From an uncultured Gemmatimonadales bacterium (GTDB lineage: Bacteria; Gemmatimonadota; Gemmatimonadetes; Gemmatimonadales; GWC2-71-9), in the NCBI GenBank assembly GCA_963730185.1, contig CAVSQW010000003.1, positions 20,755 through 84,754 of the forward strand: 64,000 nucleotides of DNA. The letters run 5' to 3'. Shown piece by piece: positions 41,101 through 50,476 of this stretch (the first letter of the stretch is position 1; every line of letters starts with the position of its first letter). The position numbers and the translations under genes are program-made. Under the pieces are notes generated by a model. The model had not been told where the DNA came from and did not search any database. It was given only the letters and a program-made list of their open reading frames with translations.

Positions 41101-41681
41101 TAGCGCGACAGCGCGAAGCCGGCGAGGCCCAGGTCGAGCACGTCCTGGACGTCGGCCGGGAAGAGCACCGGCATCTGGGCGTCGGACAGCGCGATCTCGG
41201 AGGCCGACGGCACCGTCGACGACTTGGAGGCGGGATCGTCGCCCGCCAGGGCGAGCACCCCGCCGTGCCGGCCGACGCCGGTGAGGTTGGCGTGCTTGAA
41301 TGCGTCACCCGAGCGGTCGACCCCCGGGCCCTTGCCGTACCAGATCCCGAGCACGCCATCGTACTTCGGATTCGGAAAGGTGTTGGCCAGCTGCGATCCG
41401 AACACCGCGGTGGCCCCCAGCTCCTCGTTGACGCCGGGCACGAACCGGACGTGGTGCTCGCGGAGGAGGTCGGAGTGCAGGGTGAGCTGCACGTCGTAGC
41501 CGCCCAGGGGCGAGCCCCGGTAGCCCGAGATGAAGGTGGCCGTCCGGAGACCGGCCCGGCGGTCGGCGCGATGCTGGTCGAGCGGCAGCCGCACCAGTGC
41601 CTGGACGCCGGAGAGCGCCACCCGGCCCTCGTCGAGCGTGAAGCGGTCGAGGAGGGAGAACGTCTGCGATGAAGTGGCCAT
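38127..41681 (-). CDS. Indolepyruvate:ferredoxin oxidoreductase family, fused single chain
   Basis: FISGYRGSPLGG, YGKGPGVDRSGD, FCSGCPHN, GDGT..HSG, CEGCGDC...SNC, GIGGTGV, MAYKDEYEVARL. Confidence 0.93.
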   Translation of the reverse strand: MATSSQTFSLLDRFTLDEGRVALSGVQALVRLPLDQHRADRRAGLRTATFISGYRGSPLGGYDVQLTLHSDLLREHHVRFVPGVNEELGATAVFGSQLANTFPNPKYDGVLGIWYGKGPGVDRSGDAFKHANLTGVGRHGGVLALAGDDPASKSSTVPSASEIALSDAQMPVLFPADVQDVLDLGLAGFALSRYSGLWVGFKIVTNVADEFATVAVSAEQGRFIRPDFEYRGQPWQPTQNQALYPPYNLALEEEQFEGKLEAARRFAAANGLNRITVSSPGAWLGIAAAGKTYLDVREALHRLGFDDAGLERVGIRLLRVGMLYPLEPGVVREFARGLEEIVVVEEKRPFLEVFLRDALYHQTERPRVVGKADDLGGRLIPAHGELEADVIAPLLARRLAQRLAAEDLDARLARLAPVVPPSVQPMGLTAQRLAYFCSGCPHNRSTVVPDGSIAAVGIGCHGMAVTMERSGAGFTQMGGEGAQWVGIAPFTETPHLFQNIGDGTLFHSGSLAIRQSVAAGSNVTYKILYNGAVAMTGGQPVDGGLGVPALTRELEAEGVRRTLVLSDEPERYDGVTLAPGVEVWPRERLDEAQRLLREMSGVTALIYDQHCAADLRRLRKRGLAPERPMRVVINERICEGCGDCGVKSNCLSVQPVATEFGRKTRIHQSSCNTDYSCLEGDCPAFVTVTPDPTVGRNRPASRVTIGPDLPEPERPAPAEGSLYLMGIGGTGVVTVNQILGTAALLDGKWARCLDQTGLSQKGGAVVSHCKITAGAHQSSNKVGVGAADAYLAFDVLTASDARHLTRARPDRTVGVISSSHVPTGLMVRNRAVEFPADSALHQRIDAVTDAARNLYLDAETLADRCFGSHFPANLVVVGAAYQLGLVPLSAASIERAIELNGTAVAMNVQAFRVGRQVAIDPTWTDTLGGTASDTAPPEPEPGPDAKALIDPIGATGELARLLRVRVPDLIAYQNAGYARQYTELVGRVAARERELGTDFRLSRAVARYLYQLMAYKDEYEVARLAFDPGFRRELTNRFGAGADRAYRFHPPLLRGLGLKRKLALGRWFDFPLGLLRRLRGLRGTPFDPFGYHPIRKLERRLVGEYRALIDDTVASLAKDRYEHAVAVASLPDLIRGYESVKLAGVARYQARLAELRQPAEPAAAPPPGAPAPSPTSRPPSTTAR

Positions 41682-41808
41682 GGAATGGGAAATATACTGG
41701 CTCGCTGGTCGGCGGGGTGCGATCGGGCTAGCTTCGATCCGTCGGGAGCGCCCGCTTCTGCGACCCCACCCCGGATTACAGCCGACGACCATCAGCCGGA
41801 GCCTGTGC

Positions 41809-42939
41809 ATGTCGACCAGCCGACGCGAGTTTCTCGACCGGAGTCTGACGCTCGCCGGGGCGCTCGCGGTCCCCAGCGTCATTGGCCGGGGCGGCCCGCC
41901 GGCCCGCCGGCCCGATCTGATCCGGGCTCCGGCTCCGCCCAGCGTCCGTCCGCTCAAGATCCTCTTCCTCGGCGGCACCGGCTTCATCGGTCCCCACATG
42001 GTCCGCTACGCCATGTACCGCGGCCACGCCGTCACCCTGTTCAATCGGGGCAAGACGGCGCCGGAGCTCTTTCCCGGGGCGGCGACCCTGATCGGCGACC
42101 GTGACGGTAAGCTCGATGCCCTGAAGGGCGGCCAGTGGGACGCCGTGATCGACAATTCGGGCTATGTGCCCCGACACGTGCGCGACTCCGCCCGACTGCT
42201 CCGGGACTCGGTGGGGCGCTATCTCTTTACCTCGACGGGGTCGGTCTATCAGTTCGATCAGGACGAGATCGATGAGGACTCCCCGCTCCTGCCGCTGCCC
42301 GAGCCGACCAGCGAGGACGTCAACAAGTACTACGGCCCGCTCAAGGTGCTCTGCGAGGAAGCGGTGCGTGAGGCGTACGGCCCCCGGGGCACGATCGTCC
42401 GGCTCCACGTGGTGGCCGGCCCCGGCGATCCGACGGACCGCTATACCTATTGGCCGCTTCGCGTCGATCAGGGCGGTGACGTGATCGTCCCCGGCACGGT
42501 CGCGAACCCGATCCAGTACATCGACGTCCGCGACCTGGCGGAGTTCGTAGTCCACTTGGTCGAGCGGGACACGCCAGGCACCTACAACGTCGCCGGCCCG
42601 ACCCTCGCCGAGACCGGGATGGCCGAGTTCGTGTACGGGCTTCGGGCCGTGACCAGCGCGCCGCTGGCGTTCCATTGGCTCGACCAGGCATTCCTGGCGG
42701 AGCAGAAGGTTCGATTCCCGCTCTGGATTCCGGAGCAGGGCCCGATGCGGGGTGCCTGTCACGTGCGGTCGGCCCGGGGTGTCGCCGCGGGGCTCCGCTT
42801 CCGGCCGATGGCCGTGACGGCGTTCGACACGCTGGAGTGGATCAAGAGCGAGCCGGCGGAGCGCCAGGCCAAGGTGGGCGTGGATCCAGCCCGTGATGCC
42901 AGGGTCCTCGCCCAATGGCGGGCCAAGGCCGGCCGCTGA
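41809..42939 (+). CDS. NAD-dependent epimerase/dehydratase (atypical SDR) with Tat signal
   Basis: SRREFL Tat motif; LGGTGFIG, FNRGKT, YGPLK, GPGDPTDR. Confidence 0.85.
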   Translation: MSTSRREFLDRSLTLAGALAVPSVIGRGGPPARRPDLIRAPAPPSVRPLKILFLGGTGFIGPHMVRYAMYRGHAVTLFNRGKTAPELFPGAATLIGDRDGKLDALKGGQWDAVIDNSGYVPRHVRDSARLLRDSVGRYLFTSTGSVYQFDQDEIDEDSPLLPLPEPTSEDVNKYYGPLKVLCEEAVREAYGPRGTIVRLHVVAGPGDPTDRYTYWPLRVDQGGDVIVPGTVANPIQYIDVRDLAEFVVHLVERDTPGTYNVAGPTLAETGMAEFVYGLRAVTSAPLAFHWLDQAFLAEQKVRFPLWIPEQGPMRGACHVRSARGVAAGLRFRPMAVTAFDTLEWIKSEPAERQAKVGVDPARDARVLAQWRAKAGR

Positions 42940-42949
42940 GTGCCGGGTG

Positions 42950-44029
42950 TCAGGTCAGGACGTTGACCTGCTGCGCGATGCCGGTGGTGCCGTTCTCGTT
43001 CAGGTAGATCCCCGACCGCGCCAGGCCCCCCACCGGTTGGTTGTTCGGGTCGGTGTAGGTGTACGGCGTCGCGACCGAACCGGTGTAGATCGCGCCGACA
43101 CCCTGCTGGCCGAGCGAGGTCGCGGTGATGCCACCGTTCGCGCCGCCCGAGACGATCGCCAGCTTGCCGAACGCCGCGTCGCCCTGGTCGATGAAGCCGT
43201 TCCCGTCCTGATCGAGTCCCGCCAGCTCGGCGAATCCGTTTCCGCTCCGGCCGACCAGCTCGGTTTGGGGGTCGATCGTGCCGTCCCCGTTGGCATCGTA
43301 GCCGAGGACGCCGCCGGCGAGGGCGAGCGCCTGCTGGTTGGCCGGTCCGGTCGGCCCGCTAGCCGTGCCGGTCGGCGGGGCGGCCGAGGTGGTTGCGGCC
43401 GTGGCCGCGCCCTGCGCCGGATCCGGGACCGCGGACGTCTGGGGGCTTCCGTTGGAGCCGATCGTCGGCGCGCCGCCGGTCGGCACCGACACGGTGGCTC
43501 GGAGCGAGACGGTTTCCTGGCGGGCGTAGGCCCGGGCCAGGTCGAGCGCCTGGGTGAAGTCGATCTGCCGGCCGTCGGCGGTCGTCACCGAGCCGGTGGC
43601 CCGGAAGCTCGTGGCCTCCACCTCCTGGTATGTGGTCCGACGGCGGTAGCGCACGTCGAGCTGCGTCGTCGGCGGCGATCCATCGGCTGGCACCGCCGAG
43701 TCGTTGGTCGGGCTGGCGCCGCCGGCGGCCGGGCCGGCGGCGCCGCCCTGAACCGCCGCCAGGTCGCGGGTAACCCGGTCGGTCAGCCGCTGGATCCGCT
43801 GGATCAATCGGGCCGACGGCTGCCCGCCCTGGGTCCCCTCGAAATAGCGTTTGAGGAGCCGGGCCAGCTTGTTGGCGTCGTGCTCGAGCCGGGAGAGGCC
43901 ATGCTCGTAGCGATCGGAGCCCTGGCCCGGGGCCGGGGCGGCGCGGACCTGGATCCGCTCCGTCGTGGTCTGACGGACGGCGAGCAGGTGGGCGCTCGAA
44001 AGCTGGACGTTCGAGGCGACGATGTTCAT
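42950..44029 (-). CDS. Hypothetical secreted Ca-binding (DxDGNG repeat) protein
   Basis: MNIVASNVQLSS..., E.TSF.A.G.V.TADGRQIDF, DANGDGTID, DQDGNGFID, GVGAIY, SGIYLNENG..G..QQV. Confidence 0.7.
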   Translation of the reverse strand: MNIVASNVQLSSAHLLAVRQTTTERIQVRAAPAPGQGSDRYEHGLSRLEHDANKLARLLKRYFEGTQGGQPSARLIQRIQRLTDRVTRDLAAVQGGAAGPAAGGASPTNDSAVPADGSPPTTQLDVRYRRRTTYQEVEATSFRATGSVTTADGRQIDFTQALDLARAYARQETVSLRATVSVPTGGAPTIGSNGSPQTSAVPDPAQGAATAATTSAAPPTGTASGPTGPANQQALALAGGVLGYDANGDGTIDPQTELVGRSGNGFAELAGLDQDGNGFIDQGDAAFGKLAIVSGGANGGITATSLGQQGVGAIYTGSVATPYTYTDPNNQPVGGLARSGIYLNENGTTGIAQQVNVLT

Positions 44030-44732
44030 GGCACCGAGTATCGGCGCTAGGGGCACGGGCTTGAGCTTGGCCGTCTGGGCCGCGCTGGCGGGGCTGATCG
44101 CACCGGGCAACGCCGGCGCCCAGCGGGTCAGTCTGATCACCGGTGTCGTCTCCGACAGTCTGACCGGGGAGCCCGTGGCCGGGGTGATCGTGTCGGTCGA
44201 CGACGTGCCCGGGGATACCACCGGTCCGGACGGCCGCTACCGGGTGGCCGTGCCGGGGCTCGGTGTCCACCGGATCCGCCTCGTTCATCCCCGCTTCCGG
44301 CCCGTGCTTGGCGGGATCTCGTTCACCGTGGAGGTGCCGCGGGTTGGGCTGGAGAAGACGATCGACGTGGCCTGGCCCGACCTGAGCCTGCTGGTGGAAG
44401 CGGCCTGCGGCCCGATCCGCGCCGCCGGGGGCAACGGTACGGTGGCGCTGCTTGGCGTCGTGCGGGGCGTCCGCCCGCCGGGCCCTCTCGAAGCGGTCGC
44501 GGGCACCGACAGTCTCGAGCGGGAGGCCCGGAAGCGGCGGAAGGACAAGACCCGAACGGCGTTCGTCGGGATGGGCGTTCCGGTCCGGCCCGACGGAGGC
44601 TTTCTCTTCTGCGGGCTGCCCGGTCGGGCGGAGGTATGGGTCTATCTCAAGGCCGGGCTGGCCAAAGGACGGTCGCGACGGATTCGGCTCCCGTTCGCGG
44701 GCTACGTCGAGATGGCCCTCGACCCGCCCTAG
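44028..44732 (+). CDS. Carboxypeptidase-regulatory-like domain secreted protein
   Basis: Signal peptide; ITGVVSDSLTGEPVAG...TGPDGRY, FLFCGLP; start uncertain (44022, 44028 or later TTG). Confidence 0.6.
   Translation: MAPSIGARGTGLSLAVWAALAGLIAPGNAGAQRVSLITGVVSDSLTGEPVAGVIVSVDDVPGDTTGPDGRYRVAVPGLGVHRIRLVHPRFRPVLGGISFTVEVPRVGLEKTIDVAWPDLSLLVEAACGPIRAAGGNGTVALLGVVRGVRPPGPLEAVAGTDSLEREARKRRKDKTRTAFVGMGVPVRPDGGFLFCGLPGRAEVWVYLKAGLAKGRSRRIRLPFAGYVEMALDPP
44038..44064 (-). promoter_or_regulatory. sigma28 (FliA/SigD)-type promoter
   Basis: Minus strand TCAAG-N14-GCCGATAC, 8 nt before ATG 44029. Confidence 0.65.
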
Positions 44733-44735
44733 CGG

Positions 44736-46347
44736 TCAGGGCGTCATTCGCTTGAGCGCCTGCTTGTCGATCTTGCCGATCGGCAGGCGGGGCAGTTCGG
44801 CGGCGCACGGCGAACCGCTTGGGCACCTTGTAGTTGGCCAGCCGGGTCCGGCAGTGGGCCTCGAGCTCGGCGGGGGCCGGATCCTGACCCGGCTCCGCGA
44901 TCACGAAGGCGTGTCCCACCTCGGTGTAGAGCGGGTCGGAGATCCCGATCACCGCTGCCATCGCGACGCCCGGGTGGGTCTCCAGCGCCTGCTCGACCTC
45001 GCGAGGATACACGTTGTAGCCCCCCGACTTGAACATCTCGGTGAGCCGGCCGATCAACCGGACGGCCCCATCGGGACGGGTTACGGCCAGGTCGCCGGTC
45101 CGGAGCCAGCCATCGGGCGTGAAGAGCTCGCCGGTCGCCTCGGGCCGGCGCCAGTAGCCGAGGGTCACGAAATCACCTCGGACCTGGACCTCGCCCGGCT
45201 GGCCGTCGGCCGCCGGGGTGCCGTCGGCGTCGGCCAGGCGCACGCCGTACTCCGGCACCGGCCAGCCGACCGAATTGGCCAGGACGTCGGTCTCCGTCGC
45301 GTCGAAGGTGAAGGTCACCGAGCCCACCGTCTCGGTCATCCCGTAGGCGTTGGCCAGACTGGGACACTTGGCCCGGAGCCGTTCGATCAGGCCGACCGGC
45401 GCGGCGGCGCCTTCCCAGATGATGAGCTGGACGCTCGAGAAGTCGGTCGGCTCGAATCGCGGATGCGACACGATCAGCTGGAGCGCGGTCGGCACGTGGC
45501 CGAACATCGTGATTCGCTCGCGCTCCACCAGCTCCAACATGCCGCCCGGGTCGAACTGTTCCTGGAACACCAGCGTACCCCCGGGCACCAGGGTGTCGCA
45601 GGTGATGTCGCCCACGCAGCCGATGTGATTCACCGGCAGGTTGTTGATGATCCGGAGCGGCTCCACCGGCCAGATGGCGTACTGGACCCGGGCCACGTGG
45701 ATCAGGCCGTGATGGCTGATCAGGGCGCCCTTGGGCCGACCGGTCGTTCCGCTGGTGTAGACGATCAGGCAGGGATCGCCGGAGGCGACCCGGCCCCGGC
45801 GCGCGGCCAGCGCCGCGTCGTCCACCCCGGCGCCCCGGGCCTCGAAGTCGGCGTACGACTCGCCCCCGGCCACGGGCGGCCCGTCGCCGAGGGCAACCAG
45901 GCGCTCGATCGTGGGGCAGGCCCGCCGGAGCGCTCCCAGGTCGTCGTCGTACCGCCGGTCGCCGATTCCGGCCCGGGCCAGCACGACCCGGGGCTCGGCG
46001 TCGGTGACGGCGTACTCGAGCTCGCCCCGCTGATAGCGTGGGTTGAGGCCCAGCCAGATCGCGCCGATCGACGCGGTGGCCAGGAAGCTCACCATGAAGT
46101 CGGGATGGGGCGGCGTGAGGGCGGCCACCCGGTCGCCCGGCGCCACCCCGGCCGCGATCAGGGCCCGGGCGGCCTGGTCCACCCGGCGGGCGAGCTCGGG
46201 GTAGCCCCAGCGGGCCTCCCCGCAGACGACCGCTTCCCGCTCGGGCGCCTGCTCCGCCCAGTGGAGGGCGTAGTCGCTGATCAGCCGGAGCCGGGGTGGG
46301 CGCCCGTCCTCGGCCCGAGGCCGGTGGGGGAGCGGCAGGCCCGGCAT
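44736..46347 (-). CDS. Acyl-CoA synthetase / class I adenylate-forming enzyme (frameshift at about 44802)
   Basis: YTSGTTGRPKG, YGMTE, GWLRTGD, KSGGYNVYP; C-terminus AELPRLPIGKIDKQALKRMTP* in the shifted frame. Confidence 0.9.
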
Positions 46348-46862
46348 CAGCCCCCCTGCTTAGCCTCGATCCGTCGATGGCCCGGGCCCGTCACCCACAG
46401 GCCCAGCCATTCCGCCACCAGGGCCGGCCGCTCCCGGCCTTCGATCTCGACCGTGACCCCGAACTTGTTGCGCACCTCGCCGGGACGAACCTCCCGCCGC
46501 TCGATCAGCGTGAAGTGCGCCCGAATCCGGCTGTTGACCGGCACCGGCTCGACCAGCCGGACCCGGTCGAACCCGTAGTTCAGGCCATAGCCGCCGTCGT
46601 CCGCGCCGGTGCTGTTGTCCCAGCCGAGCGCTTGGTGGCTCAGGTGAGTGAGGAGCGAAAGGGTCAGGAATCCGAAGGCGATCGTCGTCCTGAACGGGCT
46701 CTCGCTGGCGCACCACTCGGGACTGACGTGCATCGGATCCGGGTCGCTGGTCGCGGCCGCGAACTGGTCGATCCGGGCCTGGTCGATCAGGAGCCAGGCC
46801 GACGTTCCGAGGTGGTCGCCGGGACGGGCCTGGTCGAGGCGGAGGGTGTGATCCTGGGGCAT
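46347..46862 (-). CDS. MaoC-family dehydratase
   Basis: IDQFAAATSDPDPMH, TIAFGFLTLSL, NYGFDRVR. Confidence 0.9.
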   Translation of the reverse strand: MPQDHTLRLDQARPGDHLGTSAWLLIDQARIDQFAAATSDPDPMHVSPEWCASESPFRTTIAFGFLTLSLLTHLSHQALGWDNSTGADDGGYGLNYGFDRVRLVEPVPVNSRIRAHFTLIERREVRPGEVRNKFGVTVEIEGRERPALVAEWLGLWVTGPGHRRIEAKQGG

Positions 46863-46991
46863 GGCGGCAGGGGGCTGAAGACCGGTGGAATATAACGGTT
46901 GTCATGTAACGGGCGAGTGGCAAAGCGGATGCTCCGGTGCTAGAATCGGTTCCCCTTCTTCATCGTACCGTCGTCATCCGGATTCGAGCCC

Positions 46992-48359
46992 ATGGACGCT
47001 GATTTCGTCACCCGCGAGCGCGACCGCCTGCTCCGAGAGCTGGTCGAGTTTCTGTCGATTCCGAGCATCAGTACGCTGCCCGACCACGCCGCCGACTGCC
47101 GCCGGGCGGCGGAGTGGGTCATGGGGCAGCTCCGGGACCTTGGCTGTCCGGTCGTGGAGCTGCTGGAGGGGCCGGGGCACCCGGTGGTCTGGGGCGAGAC
47201 GGCGCCAGTGGAGGGGGCGCCGACGCTGCTCGTGTACGGGCACTACGACGTCCAGCCGGTCGACCCGATTCACGAGTGGAAAAGCCCGCCTTTCGAGCCG
47301 ACCGTTCGGGACGACAAGCTCTACGCCCGGGGCGCGGCCGACGACAAGGGGCAGGTGTACTGCCTTCTCAAGGCGTTCGAGGCGGCCCGCGGTCCGGACG
47401 GCCGTCCGCCGGTGAATCTCCGTTTCCTGATCGAGGGCGAGGAGGAGAGCGGCGGGCAGGTCATCGCCGAGCTGCTGGAACGGGAGCCGGCGCGGGCCCA
47501 GGCCGACGCCGCCCTGGTGTGCGACATGGCGTACTACGACAAAGGGTGGCCGGCGGTGTATACGGCCCTCCGCGGTCTTTGCTATGCCGAGATCCGGGTC
47601 AAGACCCTGGAGCGCGATCTCCATTCGGGCACCTATGGCGGCGTCGCGCCCAATGCCATGGAGACCCTGGTTCGCCTCCTGGCGGACCTCAAGAGCCGGC
47701 GGGGCAGGATCGCGATCCCCAAGCTCTACAAGGCGGTCAAGAAGCCGTCCAAAGCCGAGCTCAGGGCCTGGGGCGCCCTGCCGTTCGACGAGGCGCGGTT
47801 CCTCGCCGACGAAATGACGGCCAAGGCGGTGACCGGCCTGGAGGGCCACTCGATCTTCGAGCGGGTGTGGGCCTTGCCGACCTTCGAGATCCACGGCATT
47901 CGCGGCGGCTTCACCGGCGACGGCGCCAAGACGGTCATTCCGGCGCGGGCCTCGGCCAAGGTGAGCCTCCGGCTGGTGCCGGGTGAGACCTTCGAGAAGA
48001 CCGCCAAGTGGCTCGCCCGGGCGGTCAAGAAGCGAACGCCCGAGTTTGCCGAGACGGAGGTGGTGGTGATCCACGGCGCCGACCCCGTCCAGGTCGACGT
48101 GAACCACCCGGCCTTCACCGTGCTCGACGACGCCTTCGAGGAGGTCGTGGGTCGCCGGACGGTGCCGATCCGCTCGGGCGGGTCGATCCCGGTGGTCCAG
48201 CGGCTGGCGCAGGGCGGCGCTCCGGTGCTGCTGACCGGGATCGGCCTTCCGGATGACGGGCTTCACTCCCCGAACGAGAAGCTGGATCTGGATCAGTTGT
48301 GGGATGGGATCCGGGTGTTTTCCCGGTTCTTCGAGCGGTTGCCTTCGATCGGTGCCTGA
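46992..48359 (+). CDS. M20-family dipeptidase
   Basis: YGHYDVQP, ARGAADDKG, EGEEE, DLHSG, GGSIP, HSPNE. Confidence 0.93.
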   Translation: MDADFVTRERDRLLRELVEFLSIPSISTLPDHAADCRRAAEWVMGQLRDLGCPVVELLEGPGHPVVWGETAPVEGAPTLLVYGHYDVQPVDPIHEWKSPPFEPTVRDDKLYARGAADDKGQVYCLLKAFEAARGPDGRPPVNLRFLIEGEEESGGQVIAELLEREPARAQADAALVCDMAYYDKGWPAVYTALRGLCYAEIRVKTLERDLHSGTYGGVAPNAMETLVRLLADLKSRRGRIAIPKLYKAVKKPSKAELRAWGALPFDEARFLADEMTAKAVTGLEGHSIFERVWALPTFEIHGIRGGFTGDGAKTVIPARASAKVSLRLVPGETFEKTAKWLARAVKKRTPEFAETEVVVIHGADPVQVDVNHPAFTVLDDAFEEVVGRRTVPIRSGGSIPVVQRLAQGGAPVLLTGIGLPDDGLHSPNEKLDLDQLWDGIRVFSRFFERLPSIGA

Positions 48360-48362
48360 AGC

Positions 48363-48929
48363 TCAGCGGTCGTCGGGCGGCGGCTCCTCGTCGACCGGGC
48401 GGCGTTGCCCGCCGGAGTAGCGCGACTCGGTCCGGGCATGGAGCTCGTCGACCCCGATGAGCGCCCGGACCGAGGCGATCACGCCGGCCACCACGTCGTC
48501 GGCCCAGTAGTCGTCGGGCCGGTCGGCGGCCGGCAGCTTGGCGGCCTTCTGTTCCAGAAACTGAATCGCGGTGGCGATCCACTCCGTCTGGGCGGCATCG
48601 ACCAGCGACCACGACGCCGTGGCGCGGAGCTCCAACTCGGCCAGCTCGTGGAGCAGGGTGTCGATGCCGTCGGTAACGGGGTGCGACCGGAGGCGCTCCG
48701 CCACGATCGTGAGGGCCCGGGCCCGCTCGGTCTCCTGCGGTTCCGGAAGGGGGGCCAGATAGTGCCGCTGGTCGGCCACCATCTCCGCCAATCGCACACA
48801 GACGGCCCGAATGGCCGGGGTCAGCGCCGACGGCGCTTCCTGGGCCCAGCTGGCGGCGGCCCTGAGGATCGCCGATACCTTCTCGTTGGCCTGTGCCTCG
48901 AGTCTGGCTCGGTCCACCGCGTCGTCCAT
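48363..48929 (-). CDS. Hypothetical helical protein
   Basis: Fills the gap with typical codon usage; TATCTT 7 nt upstream of ATG; no recognisable motif. Confidence 0.6.
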   Translation of the reverse strand: MDDAVDRARLEAQANEKVSAILRAAASWAQEAPSALTPAIRAVCVRLAEMVADQRHYLAPLPEPQETERARALTIVAERLRSHPVTDGIDTLLHELAELELRATASWSLVDAAQTEWIATAIQFLEQKAAKLPAADRPDDYWADDVVAGVIASVRALIGVDELHARTESRYSGGQRRPVDEEPPPDDR

Positions 48930-48999
48930 GGCCGGTAAGATACACGCATCGCGGGGCCTCGGGGACTACTGGTCGGATGATGCGGGCGAATCGGCGGGG

Positions 49000-49623
49000 C
49001 TACAGCCGACCGCCTCGCCGCATCCTGACGTAGTCGTCGCTCCCGTACCGCTCTTCCCGCCAGGGGTCGCCCCGGAGGTGGTAGCCGTTCCGCTCCCAGA
49101 AGCCGGGCTCGTCGTCGGCCAAGATCTCGAAGCCGGTGACCCACTTGGCGCTCTTCCAGAAGTAGAGATGGGGTACCAGCAGGCGGACGGGGCCGCCGTG
49201 CTCGGGCGCCAGCGGCTCGCCCCCGTGGTGGGTGGCCAGGAGGTTGCCCGGGCGGTCGAGATCGCCGAGGAGAAGGTTGGTGGTGTAGTCGGAGGCCGCG
49301 TGGACCATCGCGGCCCGGGCCGCCGGCTCGAGGCCGGCCCGCTCCAGAATGGCCCGAACCGGGACGCCCCGGAACACGTTGTCGAAGCGACTCCACCGAG
49401 TGACGCAATGGATGTCGCAGGCCACCTCTTGCTGGGGGAGCGCCTGGAGCGCGTCCCAGTCGAGCGCCAGGGGATTCCTCACCAGGCCGCGGACCTCGAA
49501 CCGCCAATCGGCGGGCGCGATCCTCGGAACGATCCCAGAGTGGAGAATCGGCCACTTTCGGGTCTGGATTTGGCCGGCCGGCAAACGGTTGGTCGTCGGC
49601 CGGACGTCGGTTGGTTCGCTCAC
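49000..49623 (-). CDS. Sulfite oxidase-like molybdopterin-binding oxidoreductase
   Basis: RLPAGQ, DIHCVTRWS, EHGGPVRL..PHLYFWKSAKW, GFWERNGYH. Confidence 0.9.
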   Translation of the reverse strand: MSEPTDVRPTTNRLPAGQIQTRKWPILHSGIVPRIAPADWRFEVRGLVRNPLALDWDALQALPQQEVACDIHCVTRWSRFDNVFRGVPVRAILERAGLEPAARAAMVHAASDYTTNLLLGDLDRPGNLLATHHGGEPLAPEHGGPVRLLVPHLYFWKSAKWVTGFEILADDEPGFWERNGYHLRGDPWREERYGSDDYVRMRRGGRL

Positions 49624-49768
49624 CGAAGCCTCGCGGGCTGGGGTCGTTGGGGTCTCACCCGATCAACGCGGCGAACGGCGGCCCGGTTCCCGATTCGAGT
49701 CTCGGGGCCGTGCGTTCCGAGCATCGGCCGCGACGCCCGATCCCGGCCGGGGGCGCGGCGCGGCCCGG

Positions 49769-50476
49769 TCAGCCCGCCCGCGCCCCCGGCGAGAGCTCGG
49801 TCTCCGGGAGGGGGAGCATCTCCCGGTCGAATGCGGCCGCAAAGCCGGCCACGACCCGTTGGACCGTCTCGTCCCAGAGGGCGCGGCCCTCGGGCGAGCG
49901 GCCGGTCTCCCGAGCGATGCTGGTCATCTCGACGTCGGCGATCCCGCAGGGCACGATCAGGTCGAAGAGCTGGAGGGCGGTAGTCACGTTCAGTGCGAAG
50001 CCGTGGAAGGTGACCCATTGCTTCACGTGAATCCCGATGCTCGCGATCTTCCGCCCGTCGACCCAGACCCCGGTGAGGCCCGGGTTTCGCCCGGCGGCGA
50101 GCCCGAACCCGCCTAACGCCACGATCTGGGCCTGCTCGATCTGCCGGAGATACCAGTGGAGATCGCGCCGGAAGCCCCCGAGGTCGAGGATCGGATAGCC
50201 GACCAGCTGTCCGGGGGCGTGGAGGGTCACGTCACCGCCTCGCTCCACCTCGAACACCTCCAGCCCTCGGGCCTCGAGCCCGACCGTGGAGATCGGCAGG
50301 CTGGCGGCGCGGGTGCTCCGGCCCAGGGTGACGACCGGATCATGCTCGACGAGGAGCAGCAGGTCCTCGTGGCGCTGGCCCTGGACCCGCTCCCGACAGA
50401 GGGCGCGCTGGAGCTCGAGCACCTCGCCGTAGCGGCGGCGCCCCAGACTCACGACCCGGATGGGGGTCCCGCTCAT
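49769..50476 (-). CDS. lipB: Lipoyl(octanoyl) transferase
   Basis: EHDPVVTLGR, RGGDVTLHAPGQLVGYP, KIASIG, HGFALNV, IVPCG. Confidence 0.97.
   Translation of the reverse strand: MSGTPIRVVSLGRRRYGEVLELQRALCRERVQGQRHEDLLLLVEHDPVVTLGRSTRAASLPISTVGLEARGLEVFEVERGGDVTLHAPGQLVGYPILDLGGFRRDLHWYLRQIEQAQIVALGGFGLAAGRNPGLTGVWVDGRKIASIGIHVKQWVTFHGFALNVTTALQLFDLIVPCGIADVEMTSIARETGRSPEGRALWDETVQRVVAGFAAAFDREMLPLPETELSPGARAG

Noticed and set aside
49624..49768. Moco riboswitch upstream of the molybdopterin oxidoreductase
   Set aside because: GC-rich gap with none of the conserved Moco-motif elements recognisable by eye; Rfam cmscan would be decisive
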